A DNA stretch of 64,000 bases, taken from the NCBI RefSeq assembly GCF_000143415.4, contig NW_003314266.1, positions 518,463 to 582,462 of the forward strand, in the 5' to 3' direction. A program made the translations under genes and the position numbers. Source of the stretch: Selaginella moellendorffii. Lineage: Eukaryota; Plantae; Lycopodiophyta. Positions 1 to 11,673 of the stretch are shown piece by piece. The first letter of the stretch is position 1. Every line of letters begins with the position of its first letter. Under the pieces are notes generated by a model that saw only the letters and a program-made list of their open reading frames with translations, had not been told where the DNA came from and made no database searches.

Positions 1-2531
1 TAAGAGATGAGCTAGTGCAACAGAAGTCTTACACAAAAACGTGCAATAGAAAGGTGAATCAAGACTCAAGAATCTAAGCAGCATTGAAGCCATGATCACA
101 AGACAAACATTCATTTGTTTTAGATTCTTACAGCTTCCTCACTTCAGGAAGATCCTCTAGATGTTCTGGCTGCTGATATCATGAAGTGAGGTGAGGTGAT
201 ATTGCTTCTGAAATTGGGTTGGTGGTGAAAATATTATGTAGGGCAACACAAAAATACTTACTTACATATGCCCAGCACGAGCTCGTACAGTCTCCGCCGT
301 GTCGTCTCAGCTTGCCCTCCTGGATTTTTCCGTTTTTGGAGTCGATCAGCTGATACGTTTCGTTGATGCGCTTGTTGTTCACCACGTCCGCCAGGTTGAT
401 GTCTGTGTATCCCAGGTGTTCCTGTAGTAAAGCTGACTTAGACACGGCTCGCAGAAGTGACAATTTGATAGAAAAAGTCCAGACTTACGCGCAGGTGGAC
501 ACCAATCCCCATTGCTGTACTTATGACTTCCACTCGCAAGCGGTCTCCACTGGTGGTTCCGGCAGACGATGTTGGAACTCTTGATCCCATCGGGGATCTC
601 GGTTCTTCTTAATAGCCTAATAAATAAACGAACGTGTCAGGAACATACAGGAGAGCTCTGCACACTACACACAAACCTTCGCCTTTTTCTGCTCCCCTCT
701 GAATGTCAGCTTCACATATGGATTCGTGTGATGCTTGCCTTCCAGGTCCTCAGCATCACAACGAGCAAACCACCGCCTTCGGGGGTGCCTTCGGGAGCTT
801 TCTCGACGCCATTAGCGTCCTCGTCCTCAATAGGAATATCCTGATCCTCCTTGAAGGCTTTGTTCGATTGTAAGTTGACCCCGAGGCTTTTGATTTGCTG
901 GATCGTATACTTTTCACCAAGGCCAGTGTCACGGTCTTCGTTTCACCCGGAACGGTGCCCTTGAGAGGAACGACTTGCATACCCAGCTTGTCATGTGCAA
1001 AAGTACACGTGAGCTCGCCGATGGACGTGAAACAAAACCGTGTACCTTCTCCCAGTCATAAACATATAGCTCGAGAGATTGAGATTCTGGATCCAATACA
1101 AGCATGTCGTTCCATTCATTTTGACGGTGGATTTCTTCTTGGCAAACGGTCCCTGGCCAAGGACCGGCCTCTCGTATGGATCAGACTTCCTCATGAGATT
1201 TTTCTTCTTGAGGTCAGTGGGCTTGACAACCTTGACTTCCAGCATTCCAACAGGTTTCTTAGCCGCTCTGAGAGATTTTAGTGATTACATATGACTTCAC
1301 TCCACGCAAAGACTTACTCTGGATCATCTATAACGTTGATTTCCGTCTTGGGCCACAAATACATTTCCGAAACTTTATCCTTGATCAAGTCCTGCAAAAT
1401 CAGCTCTGTCAGTACAAACAAAGACTGCACGTTGCGTTACAACAAACCTGGACAAAAGCATAAAGGCCTGGAATCGCCATTAAGTCTCCGCCGAGAAGTT
1501 TCAAACCAAAATCCACATGAGGCTGGCAAACACATGATGTCAACGAAACAAACCTTCTCCATTAGAGAGACTATGATCTTGCAGAAGCAGGGAAATGCAG
1601 GAGCAAGAGGTTTCAACGTAACGCGTGCGGTGGCGAATACTTGCAAGTCTACAACCTGAAGAAAATCCTCAAAACTCCGAATAGAAAACTAATAAAAACC
1701 ACCAACCTGGACAGTCGCTCTGAGACCGAAGGCCTTCACTGCTACAAGAATATTTCCCATTTTAGAGACGGCTCGATCTCTTTCTCTTGAGTGTCATACA
1801 CCTTAATGCGTCCCAAAAGGGAATCGTCACAAACATTGACCTCAAGAAAAAAAGTAAAGAATCCAACCTACAAACGTCAGGGGCAGCGTGCCCAGCGTCA
1901 AAACCTCAAACTCGCACGACTGAAGCCTGTATTTTGTTCCATACTCTTCAATATAAGGCTTCGCAGTATCACGAATGATCTTGCAAATAGCCTGCATTTG
2001 TAAGGCAAGCAGCGATAGAAAATAGAATAAGATACAGCCTTAAGTATCACACCTTATAGAGGTAAGGCCAAGAAGCTGGTTTAACCAGTCCATCTGATAC
2101 AAAACAAACCACGATCATACAAAGCAAAGCAAAGTGAAGCAAAGCATCTGAAGAAAAAATTGCCACTCACTCTATCATAATCTGGATTTTTCACCCAAAG
2201 GGGAATCCCTGGGGAGAAATGCACAATACAACCTCTCACTCTTACGTGGTTGCCCCTTTGCCATGCTCACTCCTCGCTTCCTCCGTGGCGCGCTTATCAC
2301 GCCTAGCTCTGCACCCTAAATGTTTAACGACTAACTCTAAATTAGTAACGTTAAACTTTAATTAGTAGATGTTGTTAACGGATATGTTAACGACTATAAT
2401 TTTATAATTAGCCAGTGAATGAACGGCTATAATTTATAAGTATATAACCTACGATTGGTTTAGGTCTTTCTTCATTGTGTGTTTGGGCTCCTTATATTTT
2501 CTTTCTTATTTTATTCATTCTCTTTAGCATT

Positions 2532-3521
2532 ATGGCTAGATTGGAATATGTAGGTCATGCTCAAGATAGTATTCTTTTTTTTTCTGATCTTATTGAGAGA
2601 ACTAATAGTAAGGTAAATTCTTTTAGTTTTTGTATTATGGTACAAGAGAGAGAATGTGAAAGATGCTACCGACCAATGAGATATCGATTTGATAATCAAA
2701 GTTATAAAGATGGTTTAAAGTGGAATTGTAAAAATTGCAATACCACAAGATCTCTTAGAACTAATACATGGTTTGCAAATAGTAATCTCACATTTGCTCA
2801 AATGCTTAGAGTGATGTATTGTTGGTGCATTAAAATGCCACAAGATCAAGCTTGTATTGAGTGTAGTATTAAAAGTGAGCATACGACAACAAATTGGTGC
2901 AACTTTTGTCATGATATTTGTGTTATCACATTACAACGTGGCAGTCAAAAGATTGGTGGTTTAGGAAGAATTGTGGAAATTGATGAAAGTAAATTTGGCA
3001 AGTGGAAATATAATCATGGTAGAAGAGTAGAAGGTCAATGGGTCTTTGGAGGAATTGAATGTGATTCAGATCGAATGTTTATGGTTCCGGTGGCCGATTG
3101 TACTGCACAAACTTTAACTGATATATTGTATACATATGTTGAACTAGGTAAGTTCTATTTCTATTATTATTCTTAACTAATAATTATAATTAATTTGTTA
3201 GGAACAATTATATATAGTGATTGTTGGGCTGGTTATGATTCAGAGTGGTTGAATCAACTGAACTTCACTCATTATACAATCAACCACTCCCAGAATTTTG
3301 TTGATTCTATGACTGGAGTTCATACAAATTGTATTGAATCAACATGGAATGCAATGAAAAGATCCCTTCCTCCCTATGGTACAACAAAAGGATTATACAG
3401 CTCTTACTTTCAAGAATATATTTGGCGAAAAATATATATTGAAAGAAAGGAAGCTGCATTTAATATTCTATGTAGTCATATTAAGCTATACAATCAAGAT
3501 AATGCTGTTATAGTAGAATAA
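2532..3521 (+). CDS. Merlin/ISXO2-like DDE transposase (exons 2532-3147, 3202-3521)
   Basis: CxxC..CxxC zinc ribbon and the motifs VEIDESKFGK, GQWVFGG, TIIYSDCWAGY, TINHS, HTNCIESTW. A 54-nt GT-AG intron (3148-3201) joins the two ORFs in frame (YVELG/TIIYSD). Confidence 0.88.
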
Positions 3522-3666
3522 ATAATATATTTGGTTTTGTACTTTTAAATACTTAAAAATAATATACTAGAACAATCTTTAATTTATAGTAATGAAGTGG
3601 CATGCACATGTAAGCAGTGAGGTGGCATGCAAATCCAAATAAGTAAATGGGGCCCACCCTAAAATA

Positions 3667-3687
3667 GGGGGGGGGGGGGGGGGGGGG
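3667..3687. repeat. poly-G tract (21 nt) just inside the right TIR
   Basis: Seen directly. Confidence 0.95.
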
Positions 3688-3939
3688 TGCTGTATTATGC
3701 ATTCTACCCAATCTGTAGTAGCAGCTTTTGAAGCGACTTCGTGTCCACGTCCTGCACTTTTAATATATGCTAGAATAATCTTTGATGGGAAGACCTTTAG
3801 GCTTACTTTTCTATTTTATTTAACCAAAGATTATAAATCAATTCTTTAATCCATGGAGAAATTTGGTTGCTTTCTTTGCTTTTTTTATAATACTAATCCC
3901 GAAAAACTTTTTGCTCACGGACCTGGTTCACCCAAGCAG

Positions 3940-4860
3940 TCACACCTTATCATGCTCAAAACTATTACGAAGAGGAAACCATATAAAGTTAGCCTTGATG
4001 TTTTTCAGTAAATCCCAAATGTGTTCTTGTAATTCATGAAGGTTGAACCTTACACTGCCCGTCATAAGTTGGATGTCAACTGTAGTGCCCTCGAAAAAGC
4101 AGCTGAGCGAAAACTCAATCACACACTCCACAAGTGACTCTTCTTCATTAGAAGGCGAGAAGTCCACTTTTGTCCAAAAGTGTGTTTCTCTTTAATGTCT
4201 TTCAAGAAATTTGAGTTTGATTTTCTTGAAGCCACCTGCAACTTCCTAAAAGAACAACAATGTCAAGGAAAAGAAAACTCTTAAGCATACCTTACTAGAT
4301 CTTTCGGAAGGTCCACCTTCACACCATACGCAATCTTTGCCCCTCCCACTAGAGTATGTTGGACCAGCTCCTCCTTCAGCACTGCATACAACTCATTCCC
4401 ATAAGCCACTTCACCCACGAATTGAGGAGGTAGGTGTTGTGCAAGAACAGCTTGGAAGAGGAAATCTGACTCCTTGTGGACACCATTTGGAAGGATGATT
4501 TGAGAACTTCTATATGCTCGTACATGTTTGCCAGCAGAAGCATTGAGGAGAAGCATTGACAACTGAGCAATGAGCTTTGAGTGGAACCATCTCGAAATAT
4601 ACTCATGGAGGTAAGACGGATCTCCATAGAGTAAAACAGCTCCTACATCAATAAATGCTCAAGCTCAAATGAATCTCTAAAAAAACAAACTCACCTCCAA
4701 TTGAGTCGATAAAGGCAAAAGAGAGCCTCTATATGTTTTCTTTCAGTTTCCACCATTCTTCAAAAGCAGGAAATGGTATATAGGGATGGACAACAAAAGG
4801 GCCTCCAGATCCTTCTAGCGTAGCAGATTTTTCGAACATTTGGATGGTTGCATCCAGTCT
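3940..4860 (-). pseudogene. Unassigned degraded coding remnant
   Basis: Short overlapping ORFs in shifting frames with intron-like ends; family not recognised. Confidence 0.3.
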
Positions 4861-4934
4861 TGCATCAAGGATTTCTACTAACAGAAACCATAAACACACA
4901 GTACACAGTACATTTCACACATTTTTATATTTTT

Positions 4935-5960
4935 CCCTTGAAAAGAACTGTGGTTGTTCAAAGAGCCCATTGGGGATTACAATACCGATGTAGTGAGACG
5001 AATGGTGAGGTTGTGCTTGACGGGCGACGCCGCAGACATGGGGTTTGTGGAGACAAAGGAGTGCATGTATGGCTACGTTACCTGGAAGTGGTGTGAAAGC
5101 AGCAGATATACGTTCCATTCGCCAGGCTTGTTGCTGGTAGGGCTTGCCAAGGAACTGAGGGTGCATCAATATCTCACTCTTTCGGATATTAGTGCGTTGA
5201 CGAGTGATAACTTTGAGCTGCCTCTTTTGGACATGATTCATGCACGAATGAGGCTTCATGCAGGAAGTGAATGCCTTCTTTCAGATATCTTCCATGGGGC
5301 ATGTGGCTCGAATAAGGCAATGACAGTGAAGATGCAGATCGCATCTAAAATCGTTTTTGGGGAGGAAGCTGCACAGTTTTACGTGTCGAACGGGAGTAAA
5401 AACGGCTTCAATCACTCGGGTGATGAAGGCATGGTGCTCCAATGTGGTACTGACTTTCAGCATCCATTTGGCAACAGTGAACAATCTGTGATTACAAAAA
5501 TGTACATAAACTCTCTTGGCGTTGACATGAGGGTGTTTGCAAGACATGGAGGTACACTTTTGTGACGTGATGGGGCTGATTTTGTTTCTTTTGCAGACAG
5601 CAAAATTGAAATATGGGCCCAGGCAAAAGGCAGGACATCCCCTCTAGGCTGGAGCCAAGTAATTGAGTGCATTAAAGCGTGCTTCCAAGAATGTTTCAAC
5701 CTCGAACCAAGTGTGAAGAAGTTCTGTGTGGTCTTTAGTTTGCACGGTTTCACATTTGAGAAAGTGGATCTCTAGACTCTTTTCAAGGTAAGCCAGGCTT
5801 TATTTCTGTTATGAAACTAACTATTGACCTTCAGGAGGAGGGGATCAGAATGGGAGACACAGCCAAGTTCAGCAAGATGTATGAACACACTCTCCTCGTT
5901 GATGGAACTGGCTTGAATGTTTTCATGCTGGATGTTATGCAGCAATACTATAATTATTAA
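4935..5960 (+). pseudogene. Degraded gene, possible PD-(D/E)xK-like C-terminal domain
   Basis: 203-aa ORF continues past an in-frame TGA (5563-5565) as RDGADFVSFADSKIEIWAQAK..FCVVFS, then an intron-like gtaag..cag (~5788-5834) and HTLLVDGTGLNVF. Confidence 0.4.
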
Positions 5961-7749
5961 GACTACAAGGAGCATCATTTTATTCCACCAGAGAAAACAG
6001 AAGGGTTAAAGGAATCTTATGATTTAGAGTGTTTTTTGGAGAGTTTTTGAATCATAGTTTGTAAGTTCTTTGATTTTATCCTTTTATTATTATTTTCCTG
6101 GTTGTTGTTGATCGTTTATAACCAAAGATTTTGTTCTCCTTGGCTTCTTATGTTCTTGTCCGTGAACCATACACTGTAGTTGTCATCTTCATCATAGTCT
6201 ACAGATTTTCAAAGCAGAAAGAAAAATCTAAACTAGTTAGTCACAGCTCTTGATCATGAGCTGCATTCCCAGCCTTGGCTTGAGGGTGACGGAAGAAACT
6301 AGCCAGTGTTTATAATGGGGCGAGAGACCCAAGTGATAATGCTAAAGAATCATGACTAAAATAAGCTTGGCCTCTAGCTTGAGCAGTAATCCTTGGATTA
6401 TTTTTCTTGTATCTCACTAGGTGAGAGGGTGTTCATGAGCAATTTTATAAGGTGTGAATGCATGGAATATAGAAATGAAATGCATCCTAAAGAAAAAATG
6501 ACTCTCAACCTAAGAATTTAAATTTTCAAGACTCAACCAACATCCTTTTACTTACAACTTAATATGGGTTTACATTAACATAAATTCTCATGACTTAATA
6601 ATATGCCTAACATTAAACATCATGCTATATTTCTAACATCTAACACCAACATTTGCAAAATGCAAATGAATACTTAAGATTTGATCACGAATATTATATC
6701 TTTGGATATTTATATTGCACTCCACTTGGTCACCTTGACCAAGCCACACCATCATCAATAGTTCCAATCAACACTTTGAACTTGGAACTTTATCCCTTAA
6801 CCTCACAAGGACTTTGTCCTTGTTTTTGGTTATAAGATCACCTAGTGATCTAACTTTGGCACCTTAATAGGTTTGCCAATGGGTGCTAGGTCTTCCAGAT
6901 CTTTAAGTTGTTGACCATAACCCCGGGGGCATCCCCCACACTTAGCGATGCACCCAAGCCAGCCCTTCCGGCCAAAGGTCCATGGCAACTAAGACTGGGT
7001 GTCCCCATCTCATTCACCACGTCCTTGGTACCACTTACACCAAAGTGTTCAAGTTAGATATGCCGAGCTTTCAGACTAAGCAATCTAACCGTGTATCACG
7101 ACTCCGAGGCATCCCTCGCTTGGCGGTGTGCCCAAACCAGTCTCCCCATTGAGAGTCCATGACCACCGAAATATGAGTGTCCTCATATTCCAAACCATCA
7201 CCACGCCCTAGTGAGTTGGGACTCAAACCCAAGCACTAGAGGGTCGGGACTCGAACCCAACCTCCGTATATGCATCTACGGAAGGCATCACATAGGATGC
7301 CTGGCATGACTCCCCACGCCGGTGCACCAACTTATACTTGAAGCGTGTTATAGATCACAGCTTAGGAACCTAGTTCCTCCACACTGCCAAGTCCTCTCAC
7401 TTGACATGTCTGTGATCATGCATGGACTCCTCCATGCTCGGCCTCATGGGCCACCCCTTTGAAGTTGGCTTCTTCAACAAGGGTATTCATTCCCCCGACT
7501 TGCCAATCTCACTTAGCAAGTTATCCGACCATCGTAACATGGTTCATGTATAAGCGTGAAAGTCCTCAACCATCGACTTTTGTTCAAAGCCCTCTCTTTG
7601 AACACTCGGGATCTACTTCCCTAACTTTGATAGCCTTGCCTCTTGGCAAGCTTCAAGACCACACTTCTACTATGCCACTCTGATTTCGTGCGCTCTATAA
7701 ACCATTTACACTTGGATGTTTAGGTATTTATCTATTTAGGGGAACGTTC

Positions 7750-8343
7750 AAGGAACTCTGTTCCTTAGCTTGCTAAGGTCTCTCCATTTGCAAGCTTTCC
7801 AATTACCATATACCCTAACATGGACAATCCCATGCTTTAAACTCTCCATGGCATCCCGGTCGCTAGTAACAACATGCTTGAGCACCCACTTGATTCTCCA
7901 CTCCCAACTTCCATAACCACTCTTGGTCATGCTTGTCAATTTCTATATGGATCTGAAATAAAAGGTATTACACACACAAGAGATATGCTCTAGCTTACCC
8001 ATCCTTGTCAACCAGTGTACCAACTTTCGTATCGCCTTGTGCAGCAAAACAATAATTTTCCCACCATTTGTCATTGTACTTTCCCAATCCCAGACATGGA
8101 AACAAGGGACAGAGCTGTCATTGCATTCTTGTAGACATTGTAGTCTTGAAGGGTGCTGCTTTCAAGCAGTTTCCCAGCAAACAGCAGCCGCTGCCTTCTT
8201 CCTGCCTTATCCCCTCTTTCAAAGTTTAGATGCGAGCCGAAGACCTCAGATCAAAGGGGATTCTCCTGCCACTCACTTTTACACACGATTAACAGTGAGA
8301 ATTACAGCTTAGGAGACTTACTTGTTCTCACAAAGATCCTCAT
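7750..8343 (-). pseudogene. Pseudogene with N-terminal ubiquitin-like domain
   Basis: ATG 8343 MRIFVRT, intron, MSGRRIPFDLRSSARI*TLKEGIRQEEG, frameshift, QRLLFAGKLLESSTLQDYNV. Aligns with ubiquitin [28 protein letters not shown]. Has a stop, a frameshift and an unrecognised downstream exon. Confidence 0.75.
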
Positions 8344-8452
8344 GCCGGCTCCACTGAAGAGAATTTTTGTTGAGCGTGTCAGCTGTACAATAGTGAGAAG
8401 CAGAAGCTTTCACGCGGTTGCAATCTCAGTAGTCAGTCCTTGTACAACACCA

Positions 8453-8555
8453 AGCTCTAAACCCTTTCCGAGCGGAAGTTTTCTTCTGGGATCAAAGCCT
8501 TAGCTCTAAACCCTTACTGAGTGACCTAATTAAATAGGGCAGCTCTAAACCCTTA
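8453..8555. repeat. Three direct copies of AGCTCTAAACCCTT (8453, 8502, 8541)
   Basis: Seen directly. Resembles a telo-box core; lies upstream of the ubiquitin-like pseudogene. Confidence 0.8.
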
Positions 8556-9088
8556 ACAGATAACAAATCATATTTAAAATGAATAAAAAATAAATTTATT
8601 TACCATTTTATTACTCTAAATCAAGCAAATTCAAATCTAAATTAAACACCTCCATAAACATATTGCTCAATATCAGATATGCTAGGAATCACAATGTCTT
8701 GATCATCAATATTCATAAAATGTAATTTTATATCTTAATTTTATTGTGTCTATTTTAATACATGAGGAATGATAGTACTTACGCAGCTTTATTTAGTTCT
8801 AAACATTGAATAACTAACTAAAGATGAACTTTATTTTTATAATTTTTTTGATTGATTTTAATTTAAAAATAGTGAAAGGACAAATAATATTCAACCATTT
8901 CATATACAAAATGCAGATATTAGTATTACATTAACCATATTGATTGAAATTGTATGAGACTGTATTCTTCCATCTTCTTCTTCTTGTTATTTGATCTAAT
9001 GGAAAACTTTGCATGTAACAATGCTTCGTTTGTTTAATAGTAATGTTATTTTTATTTATTAATCCAATTGATCATATAAAATTTATTA

Positions 9089-9217
9089 TTATAAGCATGT
9101 TTGTAATTTATAAACACAAGATTAATCTTATTGCATATTAACCATTAGATGATAGAATTAAAAAAACTATATTAAAAAGGGTTTAAGAAAGTTTATAAAT
9201 TATAAACATGTTTATAA
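9089..9217. repeat. 27-bp AT-rich inverted repeat (9089-9115 / 9191-9217)
   Basis: ttataagcatgtttgtaatttataaac vs revcomp ttataaacatgtttataatttataaac (2 mismatches); possible MITE remnant. Confidence 0.6.
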
Positions 9218-10094
9218 ATTATAAAAAATAAAATTAATCTAAATGAATAACAACTATCAGATGGTATATTCACAACTATTTAGTCCCTTTACAAGTTTGC
9301 TTAAACAAACTAAAAATCACAATTGCAAAAATAATATATACTAAACTCTAGATTATCTGGGATTGCAATAAATCTAATAAATTAAAACAAGATTAATACT
9401 TAACAAGTATTAGAATAGTTCAAAGACAAAGATTTTCCAAGGCCGGAATCTCGCTACTCTCTCCCTTGACACATCCGCTCTCGCCCAGCCTCGGCCCAGC
9501 CGCTTCCCCCTCCACAACCCTGTCCTCCTCCACACCGCCGCCATTCCTCCGCCCATCCACCACCACGTCTCGCCCTTCCTCGATCAGCCCCCCAGCGAGC
9601 GTATCCACGCAGCTCCGTCCCTCTCGTCCCTGCTGCTCGCGCGCGGCATCGTCTACCAGTGCGTCCTCCCACTGCGTATAGCCAGGGATCGGAGCTTCAG
9701 CGCAAGGACCAGGGCTGCCTTCATCATCGTCATCGCCAAACACTGCCGATCGGACCTTCTGCGCCGCAAGCCGGAATGCTTCCTGGATCGAGAGCGAGGC
9801 GAATGGATTTACTCGATCGATCGGGCGAGATAGAGATAGAGATTATCCTTACCTGGATTCCATCGGGGCTCAATGCCGTGTCCTCCAGACCCGCATCCTC
9901 GATCCGTGGAGGCTTCACGGATGACAGCAATCCTCCAGCTGCTCCTGCGGGAACTTCCATTGAATCGATTGCGAGAGATCGCGAGGGTTTCAAATGCCCT
10001 AGCTCGCAATCCCAGCCGTCCAACCACGAACGGTTAACTGCTGCACACGTGGCTACATTACTTTAAAACGCCGCGAATTTTAGGGTTCTTGGAG

Positions 10095-11201
10095 ATGATC
10101 ACTGTTTTCGTGGATGTAGATGATACGCTCGTGTTCTTCAATCCGGAAGGGAAATTCTGTGTAGCGGGAGATACCGAGGGCCCTTACGAGCTCGTGCATG
10201 GTGGGAAAGAGTTCTTGCAGGCGCTGCGATCCATTCCAGGTTTGCAGCTCAATTTCTTTAGCGGCGGCCCGAGATCCAGGAACGTCGGCCTCGTCGATCA
10301 GATCCTCTGCGACGCGTTTGGTGATGGAGAGTGTGGCAAAATCAGGGTTTTCTCTGCGGAGGATCTCTTGCAAGGGGATCCTCCCAAGAAAAAGCTCGAG
10401 GGCTTGATCGAAGGGATCGATCTAGAGCAAACAATGGTGGTGGATGACACGGCCTATCACTACGCTGCGCCGGGAGAGGAAAGGAATTTTCTTCAGATCT
10501 ACGCGTGCTACTGCGAGAAGCACGATCACTACGCAGGCAAGGTGTTTATCATGTGGCGCGACAACAATCTCATCCGTGCTCTCGGTCTCATCCTGTGGGC
10601 TTTGGAGATTTCCAGTTCCGAGCCCTGCTCGCCGGTGGATGCCTTGTCTTTGCTCCAGTGGGGATCGTCATCCGGGGACGATGACTATCGCCACAACGCG
10701 ACCAATTCCCAGAGGGTCTACGACTTGGGATTGGAGGCAATGCGGCGAGTTAATCCGGATCTGGAGCTTCTCGATCGGGAGAAGCTCGGGATCTATCCCT
10801 GGTCGTGCGAGCTTCTAGAGGCTCTCACCGGCGAGCAGGACTCCCACTTTGGCAGCACCAATCTCTTTGACAAGGATCAAGTTGAAAGGGTCCGGTTGAG
10901 CTTGTCTCCCGTGTCGAGGGTAGCGATCGATCCAGCTCCATCGCTGTTGGTGGGAAAGGACGATGCGGCGGAGGTGAGAATCCAGTGGATTGGCGAGGAG
11001 AAGGAAGCGATTGGAAAGCAAAAGCTTGTGAAGCTCCCAATTGGGACGACTGGAAAGGTGGCGAAGGCAACGCTGGAACACATTCTTCCAGTGGAATCTG
11101 GGGTGCTCATGGTTGAGCCATGGGACGAGGTTGACGACGTCGAGATTCTAGATCATACTCACTTGTACACGTATGAAGGCTGCAAGATTTCCTTGTTTTG
11201 A
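10095..11201 (+). CDS. HAD-superfamily (NIF/FCP1-like) phosphatase-domain protein, intronless
   Basis: Motif I VFVDVDDTLV (DxDxT), motif II FFSGG, motif III K (PPKKKL), motif IV MVVDD. Confidence 0.75.
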   Translation: MITVFVDVDDTLVFFNPEGKFCVAGDTEGPYELVHGGKEFLQALRSIPGLQLNFFSGGPRSRNVGLVDQILCDAFGDGECGKIRVFSAEDLLQGDPPKKKLEGLIEGIDLEQTMVVDDTAYHYAAPGEERNFLQIYACYCEKHDHYAGKVFIMWRDNNLIRALGLILWALEISSSEPCSPVDALSLLQWGSSSGDDDYRHNATNSQRVYDLGLEAMRRVNPDLELLDREKLGIYPWSCELLEALTGEQDSHFGSTNLFDKDQVERVRLSLSPVSRVAIDPAPSLLVGKDDAAEVRIQWIGEEKEAIGKQKLVKLPIGTTGKVAKATLEHILPVESGVLMVEPWDEVDDVEILDHTHLYTYEGCKISLF

Positions 11202-11673
11202 TTGAATCCATAATCAATTGATCTAGAAGTGATCATGCACCCAACTGCTGCAGCTAGGTTCGTGATGGAGTACATAGTATTGGCTATATAGTTTTACATT
11301 TGAGATGCAAAAATTTAAATGAGTAAAAAAAAAAAAAATTGTTGTTAATATTTTGTAAGCTTATATAATATTTATTTTCATAATCTACTGTTTTAGTTTG
11401 TTTATTCCATCCAAATTTCACTATGTTGTGTATATATATTTCCGAAAGTCTAGTGGAACATTTGTAAACATTCACATAAAAACTTGAAATTCTCAACCGC
11501 AAACTTATTCAACTTATTCAATGTTGTTGTTGACCATAACTCGCTCTGAATCTTGGGGAAATACACAAGATCTTTCAAAGCTCCCAGTATTTCCATTTGG
11601 CACCTATGTCCACGTGGTAAACCTTAAACTAAACTATAAAATGAATTTACAATTGAATTTACTCTAAAGGTTT

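Larger units (their letters stand above)
2212..3709 (+). mobile_element. Merlin (IS1016/IS1595-ISXO2 family) DNA transposon
   Basis: Imperfect TIRs gggagaaatgcacaatac (2212-2229) vs revcomp gggtagaatgcataatac (3692-3709). Degenerate ~8-bp TSD aatccctg / aatctgta. AT-rich interior. Removing the element restores the SYT exon. Encodes an ISXO2-type transposase. Confidence 0.85.
320..3755 (-). pseudogene. Synaptotagmin (SYT1-type, SMP + 2 C2 domains) pseudogene interrupted by a transposon
   Basis: Minus-strand exon fragments match plant SYT1: DVDTKSLQKLLLQI (3710-3750) / PLWVKNPDYDR (2170-2203), AICKIIRDTAKPYIEE..EFEVLTLGTLP, QVFATARVTLKPLAPAFPCFCKIIVSLMEK, LEVKVVK..KSDPY, KKNRDPRWDQEF, EHLGYTDINLADVVNNKRINETYQLIDSKNGKIQ. 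Several frameshifts or deletions (near 548, 1757, 2070) and a 1.5-kb insertion in an exon. Confidence 0.9.

Noticed and set aside
7219-7301. Functional tRNA gene
   Set aside because: Only a T-arm-like piece; no acceptor stem or D-arm could be built.
9420-10066. GC-rich ORFs upstream of the HAD gene
   Set aside because: Low complexity, conflicting frames, no family recognised.
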